From NCBI GenBank assembly GCA_902465325.1, contig CABQMV010000029.1, positions 1-16,983 on the forward strand: a stretch of 16,983 nucleotides of DNA, in the 5' to 3' direction. The position numbers and the translations under genes were made by a program. The stretch comes from an uncultured Oscillospiraceae bacterium (lineage in GTDB: Bacteria > Bacillota > Clostridia > UBA1212 > SIG427). Shown piece after piece: positions 1-8,128 of this stretch. The stretch's first letter is position 1, and each line of letters starts with the position of its first letter. The notes beneath the pieces are model-generated. The model ran no database searches. It was not told the origin of the DNA and was given only the letters and a program-made list of their open reading frames with translations.

Positions 1-1615
1 CGCCGCCGGTGCCGTCTAACCTGTATGTGTACAGGCCGTACTGTTCATTGACACAGCCGTCAAAATACAGAAGGCCGTCTGCAATGCAGAAAGCTCCCGT
101 TCCCAGCTGAAAGCCCTCCACTGGAGAGGAGAGTCCGGTTTCCCTGTGGAGACGGTACAGCAGAATCTTTGGATTGCCGTCTTCGTCATAGGATTTTAAA
201 TCAAAATAAAGGGAATCCTTTGTTATTTCAAAGGTATAGGCTTCCTCTGTATATACCAGTTCTATTCCGCTTTTGCCATTAAATTCCGTTACATAATAAA
301 TTCCCTTTCCTGCCCCTGCTGAAAAATACAGAAGCGATTCCGGCGAAAATTTCATCATATACCGGTACGGCGAAAGCCCCATGCCGGAGAAATAGGTGAG
401 ATCTTCTGACTGCAGATCAATAGAGACAAGGGTTTCCTCTCGCGTTCCGTCTAGGTTGATCCTGCTGATTCCGCCGGCAGTAGAGAAATAAATCTTATCC
501 TGAAACAGAGTCATGCAGGTTCCCGGATTTTCAGTTAGCTTGCGATTTTCGGTTCCGTCTGGGTTCACTATATACAGATAACCGTCTGCCAGATTTCGGT
601 AATAGAGTCTGACTCCATCCGTTATTAATTCTTTTATAGGAAAATCTAAGAGCTGCCGGCTTTCTTTGGTCTCGCTGCTGTATATCCAAAGGGTATTTTC
701 ATCTTGGGTGTTCTGATAAAAGGTATCGTTTCCCAGACGGGCAATTGCTATGCGGTTGCCAAACTGAACATCCACCGAGGGTTTCTCCGGATTGTTGTTG
801 AGAACATTGGTTACCAGAAGGACAATGATATTGGCAACGACAATGACGGAGACCGTTATGATTGCCGCTATCGTACGGCGCTTTTTACGCGTTTGTCTAA
901 TATGTTTTTCCTCTATGGCCTTTTCTTTATCCTGGTCTGTATAGACCAGATCTTCCGAGGCCAGATTCAGCTCCTCGTGACTAATATGGGAGAGCGGACT
1001 GCTGTACTGGAAAAGAATCCGATCCCATACGTCCGGCACGATAGCGGCAATGTCATGGGTGATATGAGAGGGGAGCTGTGCCTTTTCAATATTTGGAATC
1101 TTTTCTGCCAGACGGTTAAGCCCCCGCTTATACTCTTTTCTGCAGGCGTTTGTTTTGTACCACAGCAGCTTGGCAATATCTTTTTTACTGATCTGAGAAA
1201 GACAGCGGACCATCATAATAGCAGCCCGGTCGTTTTTACTGTGATTGACCAGTTCCATTAAAACTCTGGACAGATTATCCTGCTTCGGCGATAGGGCTTT
1301 TTGCCTGAGACTGGCGTCATGAAGCGCATTGGTTGCAATATTCTTTGCCATATCCAGAATCCAGTATTCGGCAGAAAGCTCTGTGTCAAAAAGATAGGCT
1401 AAGGTAATAATCCTTCTGTAGGTTTCTGCTAACACCTCTGCTGCCAGTCCTGTGTCCTTTACAATGGCCAGTGCCAGTCCAAACACCTCTGCCGCTGTTT
1501 TTTCATATAATGTCCGCAGATCCTCGCGGGATTCTTTTGCTATGCCGACTACCAAAAATTCAAGCTCCAACCGCTGGTCACCTCTACTATTTTTTATGAT
1601 AAGACATTTTAGCAT
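1..1615 (-). CDS. Fusion protein: ECF-like sigma-70 domain, one transmembrane helix, and an extracellular DUF5050-type beta-propeller repeat domain. The 3' end runs off the window. The start may instead be the TTG at 1570.
   Basis: My own minus-strand translation from the ATG at 1615-1613 reads without a stop to position 1 in frame 1 mod 3 (frame checked at coordinates 1258, 901 and 13). The N-terminus, ...EDLRTLYEKTAAEVFGLALAIVKDTGLAAEVLAETYRRI...AEYWILDMAKNIATNALHD, looks like sigma region 2. LMELVNHSKNDRAAIMMVRCLSQISKKDIAKLLWYKTNACRKEYKRGLNRLAEK looks like the region 4 helix-turn-helix. A hydrophobic helix TIAAIITVSVIVVANIIVLLVT (about 800-877) follows. After it come repeated ...LYYRNLADGYLYIVNPDGTENRKL...IYFS...INLDGTRE... 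units typical of DUF5050 propellers. The ORF track omits it because its stop lies outside the window. A Shine-Dalgarno-like AGAGGTG sits 7 nt before the alternative TTG start. Confidence 0.6.
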   Translation of the reverse strand, partial: MLKCLIIKNSRGDQRLELEFLVVGIAKESREDLRTLYEKTAAEVFGLALAIVKDTGLAAEVLAETYRRIITLAYLFDTELSAEYWILDMAKNIATNALHDASLRQKALSPKQDNLSRVLMELVNHSKNDRAAIMMVRCLSQISKKDIAKLLWYKTNACRKEYKRGLNRLAEKIPNIEKAQLPSHITHDIAAIVPDVWDRILFQYSSPLSHISHEELNLASEDLVYTDQDKEKAIEEKHIRQTRKKRRTIAAIITVSVIVVANIIVLLVTNVLNNNPEKPSVDVQFGNRIAIARLGNDTFYQNTQDENTLWIYSSETKESRQLLDFPIKELITDGVRLYYRNLADGYLYIVNPDGTENRKLTENPGTCMTLFQDKIYFSTAGGISRINLDGTREETLVSIDLQSEDLTYFSGMGLSPYRYMMKFSPESLLYFSAGAGKGIYYVTEFNGKSGIELVYTEEAYTFEITKDSLYFDLKSYDEDGNPKILLYRLHRETGLSSPVEGFQLGTGAFCIADGLLYFDGCVNEQYGLYTYRLDGTGG

Positions 1616-1657
1616 AAAAATGTTTTTTTGGCCATTATATTCTTTTTTCCTGTTTTG

Positions 1658-1666
1658 TGGTATACT
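1658..1666 (+). promoter_or_regulatory. Extended -10 element (TGgTATACT) for the nfeD-floT operon. A ribosome-binding site AAAGGAG lies at 1682-1688.
   Basis: TG at 1658-1659 and TATACT at 1661-1666 sit about 35 nt upstream of the ATG at 1701. The site lies in the divergent intergenic region, and the RBS is 12 nt before the start. Confidence 0.4.
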
Positions 1667-1700
1667 TTGAATAACTTACAGAAAGGAGCTATACCGTTAT

Positions 1701-2402
1701 ATGAGCTGGTGGAACGAAATTACATTTACAGAACAGATTTTGTACATAATAGCTGCGTCTTCCACAATTATTCTGTTGATTCAGACGGTTCTGTCTATGA
1801 TAGGCTTTGACAGCGACGCCGCGGAACTGCCCGGTGCCCCTGATTTTACCGAGGGAGGAGGCTTTTCGGAGGCTGCGGACCTGGGCGATCTGACAGATGC
1901 CAATCCAGACGGTGTTTTTGACGGCAACGGAACGCCCAATGAAGGAGGCTTTAACAGCTCTGATACAGCGGGCCTGAGAATTTTTACTGTCCGGGGAATG
2001 CTTTCCTTTTTCTCTATCGGATCCTGGGTTACTATCGTTGTATATAAAGCGTTAACGAACTTTTATTTGGCCTTTGGCATTGGAATTCTGGCAGGACTGC
2101 TTACCATGTTTTTAATTGCTAAGGGATTTCAGCTGGCAATGCGGCTGCAGAGCTCCGGCAATATTGATTTAAGAAATGCTGTGGGCGTTGTGGGGGAGGT
2201 TTATCTGACGATCCCGCCCAAGGGAGAAGGCAAGGGGAAGGTCAGCGTAGTGGTGCAGGAACGGCTGAAGGTATATGATGCCATCGCCTATGAAGACAAT
2301 AAAATTTCTACGGGAAGAGATATCAAGGTACTGGATGTATTAGGACCTGACCTTCTTCTAGTAGAAAGTACAGAGAAAGAACAGAAAAAGCAGGAGGCGT
2401 AG
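1701..2402 (+). CDS. NfeD-like (YuaF-like) membrane protein, the usual partner of flotillin. N-terminal transmembrane helix, acidic Gly/Asp-rich insert, two more helices and a C-terminal OB-fold.
   Basis: Hydrophobic helices MSWWNEITFTEQILYIIAASSTIILLIQTVL and ...SFFSIGSWVTIVVY...FGIGILAGLLTMFLIA. The C-terminal beta-rich domain LRNAVGVVGEVYLTIPPKGEGKGKVSVVVQERLKVYDAIAYEDNKISTGRDIKVLDVLGPDLLLVE matches the NfeD OB-fold pattern. It sits immediately upstream of the flotillin gene (3-nt gap), which is the canonical nfeD-floT arrangement. Confidence 0.75.
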   Translation: MSWWNEITFTEQILYIIAASSTIILLIQTVLSMIGFDSDAAELPGAPDFTEGGGFSEAADLGDLTDANPDGVFDGNGTPNEGGFNSSDTAGLRIFTVRGMLSFFSIGSWVTIVVYKALTNFYLAFGIGILAGLLTMFLIAKGFQLAMRLQSSGNIDLRNAVGVVGEVYLTIPPKGEGKGKVSVVVQERLKVYDAIAYEDNKISTGRDIKVLDVLGPDLLLVESTEKEQKKQEA

Positions 2403-2404
2403 AG

Positions 2405-3727
2405 ATGGAAACAGAGACCCTTTTCATGATTGGTGCTATTATTATTGTTGTATTTGGATTTTTGATTTTTATATTCGGACGGTACAGAAAATGTCCCTCG
2501 GATAAAGTAATGGTTATCTACGGAAAGGTGGGGAACAACAAGGACGGGACCTCTAAATCGGCGAAATGCATTCATGGCGGAGCGTCCTTTATCTGGCCGG
2601 TCATCCAGTCCTATCAATATCTTGACCTGACCCCCATTGCGATTAATGTACCTTTGAAAAATGCCCTTTGCCGGCAGAATATCAGAATTGATGTTCCCTC
2701 CAGCTTTACAGTAGGGATTTCCACAGAGCCGGGAATTATGCAAAATGCTGCAGAGCGCCTTTTGGGAATGAAGCTGGCAGAGGTCCAGGAGCTGGCGAAG
2801 GATATTATATTTGGTCAGCTGCGGCTGATTAATGTAAATGTAACAGATATTACAGATGAGTCCGGCTATATAGAGGCCTTGGGAAAAGAGGCTGCTGCCC
2901 GGGCCATTAACGATGCAAAAAAGAGTGTGGCCGAAAAAAACAGAGACGGATCTATCGGTGAAGCAAATGCCATACGGGATCAGCGTGTGGCGGTGGCTTC
3001 TGCGGATGCGGCTGCCATTGAAGGAGAAAACGAAATACAGATCCAGGTGGCGAATTCTGCGGCTACGCGCCGGGAAAAGGAAGCCGAGGCTCTGTGCCGG
3101 GCCACTGCTGCCGAGAAGGTACAGTCTGCCAATGCCCTGAAGGAGGCCTATGCGGCGGAGCAGGAGGCAGAGGTCGTGCGTGCCCAGAAGGAGAAGGCTA
3201 CTTTAGAGGCAAACGAGCTGGTAAAAGCAGAGGTTGAGAAAAGAAGAGTTGAGCTGGCGGCTGAGGCTGAGGCTGAGCAGATCAGGAGAAAAGCCAAAGG
3301 TGAAGCCGATGCGATTTTTATGAAAATGGAGGCGGAGGCCCGGGGTATGCAGGAAATCCTGCAAAAGCAGGCGGAGGGTTTTGCCGATGTTGTACAGGCA
3401 GCCGGAGGAAAGGCGGACGATGCGGTGAAGCTGATTCTGGCAGATAAGATGGAGGATCTCATCCGCATCCAGGTAGAGGCCGTCAAGAACCTGAAAATTG
3501 ATAAGGTAACGGTATGGGACAGTATGAGTGGAAAAGACGGAAGCTCCACTACCTCTAATTTTTTATCGGGCCTGATGAAATCTGTGCCTCCTATGCAGGA
3601 AATGTTTGACATGGCGGGAATGGATTTGCCCTCATTTCTTGGGAAGAAGAAAGAATCTGCCCCTGTCATAGAAGCGGAGGAAGCGGCTGTACAGCCTGAT
3701 GAAGCCGGCGGGCAGACATCGTTATAA
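2405..3727 (+). CDS. floT: Flotillin-like SPFH/Band-7 protein (FloT/YuaG-like).
   Basis: N-terminal membrane hairpin FMIGAIIIVVFGFLIFIFG. SPFH core ...VMVIYGKVGN...ASFIWPVIQSYQYLDLTPIAINVPL.... A long C-terminal Glu/Ala-rich coiled-coil repeat region (EAEQIRRKAKGEADAIFMKMEAEARG...) is typical of flotillins. It is paired with an upstream nfeD. Confidence 0.85.
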   Translation: METETLFMIGAIIIVVFGFLIFIFGRYRKCPSDKVMVIYGKVGNNKDGTSKSAKCIHGGASFIWPVIQSYQYLDLTPIAINVPLKNALCRQNIRIDVPSSFTVGISTEPGIMQNAAERLLGMKLAEVQELAKDIIFGQLRLINVNVTDITDESGYIEALGKEAAARAINDAKKSVAEKNRDGSIGEANAIRDQRVAVASADAAAIEGENEIQIQVANSAATRREKEAEALCRATAAEKVQSANALKEAYAAEQEAEVVRAQKEKATLEANELVKAEVEKRRVELAAEAEAEQIRRKAKGEADAIFMKMEAEARGMQEILQKQAEGFADVVQAAGGKADDAVKLILADKMEDLIRIQVEAVKNLKIDKVTVWDSMSGKDGSSTTSNFLSGLMKSVPPMQEMFDMAGMDLPSFLGKKKESAPVIEAEEAAVQPDEAGGQTSL

Positions 3728-3741
3728 TATTTGTTTTATAA

Positions 3742-3781
3742 AGCCGCCCGGTATGTGCAATACAGACCGGGCGGCTTTTTG
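3742..3781 (+). terminator. Rho-independent terminator after floT.
   Basis: A perfect 11-bp stem AGCCGCCCGGT (3742-3752) pairs with ACCGGGCGGCT (3766-3776) around a 13-nt loop. A T5 tract at 3776-3780 follows directly. Confidence 0.75.
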
Positions 3782-3815
3782 ATAACTTCCTGTTTTCCGT
3801 CCGCTTTTTTCTGCA

Positions 3816-3845
3816 TTGACTGACCTTTCCGTCTTATGATAAAAT
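3816..3845 (+). promoter_or_regulatory. SigmaA-type promoter for the symporter gene: -35 TTGACT, 18-nt spacer, extended -10 TGaTAAAAT.
   Basis: TTGACT at 3816-3821, TG at 3837-3838 and TAAAAT at 3840-3845. RBS GGAGAG at 3871-3876, just before the ATG at 3880. Confidence 0.45.
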
Positions 3846-3879
3846 TTATACATCTTTTATTGCTGAATAAGGAGAGTAT

Positions 3880-5328
3880 ATGGCTGCTTTTTTTGAGGAA
3901 TTGGGAAAAACAATTGCCGTTGTAAATGAAAAGGTATATGACGTAGTAGGCGGAATTCCACTGGTTCTCCTCCTGTTTTTAGTAGGGATTTTTATGACAG
4001 CAGGTACCGGCTTTTTTCAGGTCAGACATTTTGGATATACCATGAAGAAGACGATTTTTGCTGTATTTCATGACAGAAGGGTTACAAAGACAGAGGATCA
4101 TAAGGCCATTTCACAGTTTCAGGCGCTGTCTACGGCTTTAGCGGCCACAGTAGGCTCGGGGAATATTGTGGGAGTGGCCACTGCCATTGCCTCCGGAGGT
4201 CCCGGCGCAGTATTTTGGATGTGGCTGTCTGCTTTCTTTGGTATGATGACCAATTTTTCAGAAAATGTACTGGGAATCTATTTTCGCCATAAAAATGAAA
4301 AAGGAGAATGGGTGGGCGGTCCCATGCACTACTTGGAGAAGGGCGTCCATGTCAAATGGCTGGGAATCATTTTTTCAGTTTTTTGTCTTTTGGCCTCCTT
4401 TGGCATAGGCAATCTGGTGCAGGTGAACAATATATCCAGTTCTCTTAAGAACAGCTTCCAGATTCCTCAGCTTATAACCGGTGTTGCCGTTGCGCTGTTT
4501 GTCGGTTTTATTATATTGGGCGGGTTAAAAAGGATTGCTGCCGTTACGGAGAAGCTGGTGCCGTTTATGGCTATTGTGTACATAGCCGGGGCGCTGCTGG
4601 TTGTATTGTTTCATCTTCCGGAGGTCCCGTTGGCCTTTCGGGAAATTTTTATGCAGGCTTTCAGCTTCCGGTCTGCCGGCGGCGGAATTATGGGGTATAT
4701 GATTGCCCGAGCTATCCGTTTTGGCGTAGCCAGAGGCGTTTTTTCCAATGAGGCGGGGCTGGGCTCATCTGTAATGGTACATGCCTCCTCTGATGTGAAG
4801 GAGCCTGTGATCCAGGGCATCTGGGGGATTTTTGAGGTGTTTTTTGATACCATTGTGATCTGTACGCTGACGGCGCTGGCAATTTTAACTACCGGAGTAC
4901 ATGAGGCGGGTATTTATCAGGCAAATAACTATACTGCCGCTGCATTCACCACGGTATTTGGCTCTGCCGGCGGTTATATTGTTTCCTTTTGTATTTTGCT
5001 GTTTGCTCTTTCCACCATACTGGGCTGGTCCGTCTACGGCAGCAGGGCAGTAGAATATCTGTGGGGAAGCAAAGGGGTCATTTTCTATAAAGTTGTTTTT
5101 GTGCTTTTGCTTGTTCTGGGGGCTGTACAGCAAATGGATCTGCTCTGGGCGCTGGCAGATACCTTTAACAGCCTTATGGCCATTCCCAATCTGATAGGCG
5201 TTTTGCTTCTCTCCGGGACGGTATTTCAAATAACCAAAAATTATTGTAATAGAACGTTTAAAGGCTTGAAGGTCAGTCCTATGTTATCTTATGGGGATAA
5301 AACGATGAAAGGAAAGGTGAGTAAGTAA
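3880..5328 (+). CDS. Alanine/glycine:cation (sodium) symporter, AGCS family.
   Basis: A polytopic membrane protein of 482 aa whose layout and motifs are characteristic of AGCS transporters, including ...QFQALSTALAATVGSGNIVGVATAIASGGPGAVFWMW... and ...GVFSNEAGLGSSVMVHASSDVKEPVIQG.... Good RBS. Confidence 0.85.
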   Translation: MAAFFEELGKTIAVVNEKVYDVVGGIPLVLLLFLVGIFMTAGTGFFQVRHFGYTMKKTIFAVFHDRRVTKTEDHKAISQFQALSTALAATVGSGNIVGVATAIASGGPGAVFWMWLSAFFGMMTNFSENVLGIYFRHKNEKGEWVGGPMHYLEKGVHVKWLGIIFSVFCLLASFGIGNLVQVNNISSSLKNSFQIPQLITGVAVALFVGFIILGGLKRIAAVTEKLVPFMAIVYIAGALLVVLFHLPEVPLAFREIFMQAFSFRSAGGGIMGYMIARAIRFGVARGVFSNEAGLGSSVMVHASSDVKEPVIQGIWGIFEVFFDTIVICTLTALAILTTGVHEAGIYQANNYTAAAFTTVFGSAGGYIVSFCILLFALSTILGWSVYGSRAVEYLWGSKGVIFYKVVFVLLLVLGAVQQMDLLWALADTFNSLMAIPNLIGVLLLSGTVFQITKNYCNRTFKGLKVSPMLSYGDKTMKGKVSK

Positions 5329-5329
5329 A

Positions 5330-7600
5330 ATGCGCGGTATTGTTATGAAAAAGCATGGCATTTTTGGGATTTTTCTTATCTGCTTTGTTATATTAGCAAG
5401 CACTTCGGTATTACAGGCAAAAGTGGAAAGGCTGGAGTTCCAGTACGAAAGCGGGTACAGCTGGGAGGGGGAGTATATCTACGGAGCTTATCCCAATGAG
5501 ACTGTGCAGTATCTGTTTGAGATGGCTCAGGATACTTCTGTTATCCGGGTGCGGAATGCAGCAGGAAATTTTATCAGCGGCAATGCAAAGCTCTATACAG
5601 GGATTAAGGTGCAGCTGTATGCGTACAATACAGTATGGGATGAGTCGTCTCTGGTAATGCTGGGAGATATCAACGGAGACGGAAAAATAAATTCAGCAGA
5701 CTATATTCGGCTGAAGCGGTATTTTTCCGGTACAGAGCTTGCCGGTGCCTATTATGAGGCGGCGGATCTGAATGGAGACGACAGACTGATGTCTGCAGAT
5801 TATATTAAACTGAAGTCCTACTTCGGCGGAAAACTGGAACTGTTTCCCCAGAAAGGCGGCGAGGCTCCTGAGCCTACTCCGGTACAGAAGTATACAGGTC
5901 CCTATTCCGAGTATAATGGCGCCTATGGAGGTGTAGATGATTTAGGACGGGAGCAGTACTATGAGACACAGGTATCGACAGGCAGTCGGGAAAAGGATGT
6001 GGGGATTTTTTATTTCCTCTGGCAGGGGCAGCACGGTACCTCAGGTCCCTACGATAATAATAAGATTGTGGCTTCCCATCCGGAGGCCCTTCTTTCGGAG
6101 GCTAACTGGAAGGCAGCCGGCGGCGGGAACCGGGGCGCCCATCATTTCTGGGGCGAGCCTTTATTTGGCTACTATACGATGAACGACACCTGGGTTATGC
6201 GGAAGCACGTGCAGATGCTGACGGCAGCGGGAGTTGACTATCTGGTATTCGATACAACCAATGGATATACTTATGATGCCCAGGCGCTTAAGCTTTTGTC
6301 TGTATTAGACGAGTATTCTCAGCAGGGCTGGGATGTGCCCCAGATCGCTTATATGACCCATTCAAATTCCTGGGAGACCATGCAGCAGATCTATGAAAAT
6401 ATCTATGCCGCTCATCCGGAATATTCCCATCTTTGGTATCTGTATAACGGGAAGCCTATGATCATAGGCTCTAATCCTACAGAGGAGGTTAGAAACTTTT
6501 TTACCGTCAAGACGGATCAGTGGCCCAATGCCTCCAAAGCGCCTAACGGATTTCCGTGGATGGAATTCAGCCGGTGGCTGACAGCGGATTCTGTATACGG
6601 CCTTCAGGGGAAGAAGGAGATTATGAATGTGTCTCTGGCCCAGCACAACGCTACGGTTCAGTTCAGCAATACAGCTTGGTACGGGGGGAATGACCGCTCC
6701 AGGAATTATACAGGAACCTTTATAAAAGGCCTGACTTCGGAACAGGCACTGCTTCAGGGTACGAACTTTGCCATTGGCTTTGACTATGCTCTGTACCAGG
6801 ATCCTGAAAATATCTTTATTACAGGCTGGAATGAATGGGTGGCACAAAGACAGGCCTCTGACAGCAATGCCATTGTATTTGTAGACTGTGCAGATCCCAA
6901 TAACAGCCGGGATGCCGAGCCTATGAACGGGGTTTTAAAGGACAACTACTATATGCAGATGACCAATCTGATTAAAGAGTTTAAGAATGCCGCTCCTAGA
7001 GTGGATGTGGGAGAGAATACGACTATTGATATAAATGGAAGTTTTGCTCAATGGGATTCTGCTACAGCCAACTATACGGATTTTACCGGAGATACTGTGG
7101 ACAGAAATGAAAAAGGCTTTGGCAATATCCTGTATACGGATACCAGCGGAAGAAACGATTTTTCTCTCATGAAGGTGGCAAAGGATGCGGATACGGTATA
7201 CTTTTATGTAAAGACTGTGTCAGACATTGTCGGAGAGGGAAGCGGACAGTGGATGAATCTGTTTATACGCAGCGGTACTTCCGGCAGCGCCTCCTGGGAG
7301 GGCTTTGACTATGTGATTAACCGCACTGCGCCGGTGGACGGCAAAATGACGGTAGAAAAGAACCTGGGCGGCTGGAGCTGGGAGAAAGCAGGGACGGTAT
7401 CCTACAAGCAGGAAGGGAACCAACTGATGCTGGCAGTGCCTAAGGCTATGCTGGGAATTGCCTCTGATGACCTGATCGACCTGCAGTTTAAATGGGCGGA
7501 TAACTGCGGAGACAGTGGGGATGTGATGACCTTCTATACCAAGGGAGATGCAGCTCCTTACGGAAGGTTTACTTATATTTACAGTGAAAAGGTAAAATAG
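5330..7600 (+). CDS. Secreted protein with a signal peptide, an N-terminal type-I dockerin, a TIM-barrel glycoside-hydrolase-like domain (tentatively GH71/GH99/GH114-like) and a C-terminal beta-sandwich.
   Basis: Signal peptide MKKHGIFGIFLICFVILASTSVLQA. Dockerin duplicated Ca-binding segments GDINGDGKINSADYIRLKRYF and ADLNGDDRLMSADYIKLKSYF (about 5663-5833). Catalytic-domain-like motifs IFYFLWQG...HHFWGEPLFGYYTMNDTWVMRKHVQMLTAAGVDYLVFDTTNG...FITGWNEWVAQ. The C-terminal part, ...DFSLMKVAKDADTVYFYVKT...WEGFDYVINR..., looks like a beta-sandwich. I cannot assign the GH family by eye. Confidence 0.6.
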   Translation: MRGIVMKKHGIFGIFLICFVILASTSVLQAKVERLEFQYESGYSWEGEYIYGAYPNETVQYLFEMAQDTSVIRVRNAAGNFISGNAKLYTGIKVQLYAYNTVWDESSLVMLGDINGDGKINSADYIRLKRYFSGTELAGAYYEAADLNGDDRLMSADYIKLKSYFGGKLELFPQKGGEAPEPTPVQKYTGPYSEYNGAYGGVDDLGREQYYETQVSTGSREKDVGIFYFLWQGQHGTSGPYDNNKIVASHPEALLSEANWKAAGGGNRGAHHFWGEPLFGYYTMNDTWVMRKHVQMLTAAGVDYLVFDTTNGYTYDAQALKLLSVLDEYSQQGWDVPQIAYMTHSNSWETMQQIYENIYAAHPEYSHLWYLYNGKPMIIGSNPTEEVRNFFTVKTDQWPNASKAPNGFPWMEFSRWLTADSVYGLQGKKEIMNVSLAQHNATVQFSNTAWYGGNDRSRNYTGTFIKGLTSEQALLQGTNFAIGFDYALYQDPENIFITGWNEWVAQRQASDSNAIVFVDCADPNNSRDAEPMNGVLKDNYYMQMTNLIKEFKNAAPRVDVGENTTIDINGSFAQWDSATANYTDFTGDTVDRNEKGFGNILYTDTSGRNDFSLMKVAKDADTVYFYVKTVSDIVGEGSGQWMNLFIRSGTSGSASWEGFDYVINRTAPVDGKMTVEKNLGGWSWEKAGTVSYKQEGNQLMLAVPKAMLGIASDDLIDLQFKWADNCGDSGDVMTFYTKGDAAPYGRFTYIYSEKVK
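5663..5833 (+). other. Dockerin type I module (two EF-hand-like repeats) inside the CDS 5330..7600.
   Basis: GDINGDGKINSADYIRLKRYFSG...AADLNGDDRLMSADYIKLKSYFGGK matches the dockerin duplicated D-x-N-x-D-G loop plus helix pattern. Confidence 0.7.
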
Positions 7601-7618
7601 TCGGGAGAAAAAACAGCT

Positions 7619-8128
7619 ATGATATTACTGGCGATAGAAGGGCCTTGCTGCAGCGGCAAAACTACCTTTGCCGGCCAACTGGCAGAGAAGTATGACTGCA
7701 ATGTGTTTCATATGGACGATTTTTTTCTGAGGCCTTTTCAGCGTACAGAAGCACGCTTCAATATGCCGGGCGGCAATATTGACTGGGAAAGATTTTCTGA
7801 GGAGGTGCTGGTTCCCTTAAAGGAGAACCGGCCCTTCTCCTTTCGTCCCTTTTGCTGCTGTACAATGGAACTTGGTGAAAAAATTGATGTAATGCCCAAG
7901 GAGATTAATGCTATAGAGGGCTCCTATTCTATGCATCCCTGTCTCAGAAGCTTTTATACGGACAGTGTTTTTCTGACTGTATCGCCGGAGGAACAGCTGC
8001 GCAGACTGAAGGAAAGAGAGACGCCTGAAAGCTTTCAGCGCTTTTTAACAAAATGGCTGCCCATGGAGCAGCGGTACTTTGAGGCCTTTAAGCCCTGGAC
8101 CTTTTGCGGCCATGTCTTTTCCGTCTGA
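7619..8128 (+). CDS. Small P-loop NTPase, uridine-kinase/nucleoside-kinase-like.
   Basis: Walker A motif LLAIEGPCCSGKTTFAGQLA at the N-terminus. 169 aa. RBS GGGAGA at 7604-7609. Its 3' end overlaps the convergent yihY-like gene by 41 nt. Confidence 0.55.
   Translation: MILLAIEGPCCSGKTTFAGQLAEKYDCNVFHMDDFFLRPFQRTEARFNMPGGNIDWERFSEEVLVPLKENRPFSFRPFCCCTMELGEKIDVMPKEINAIEGSYSMHPCLRSFYTDSVFLTVSPEEQLRRLKERETPESFQRFLTKWLPMEQRYFEAFKPWTFCGHVFSV

Noticed and set aside
704-1261. 185-aa plus-strand ORF.
   Set aside because: It lies antisense to the long minus-strand sigma-fusion ORF. Its product is low-complexity with no motifs, so I treat it as a shadow ORF.
3148-3669. 173-aa Ala/Ser-rich minus-strand ORF.
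   Set aside because: It is the mirror frame of the flotillin Glu/Ala-repeat coding region, the typical artefact of GCN/GAR-rich coding DNA.
7598-7621. The GH-like gene and the P-loop kinase are in the same reading frame, separated by a single TAG.
   Set aside because: A secreted dockerin enzyme fused to a cytoplasmic kinase is implausible. The kinase has its own RBS and ATG, same-frame adjacency happens by chance one time in three, and TAG terminates other genes here.
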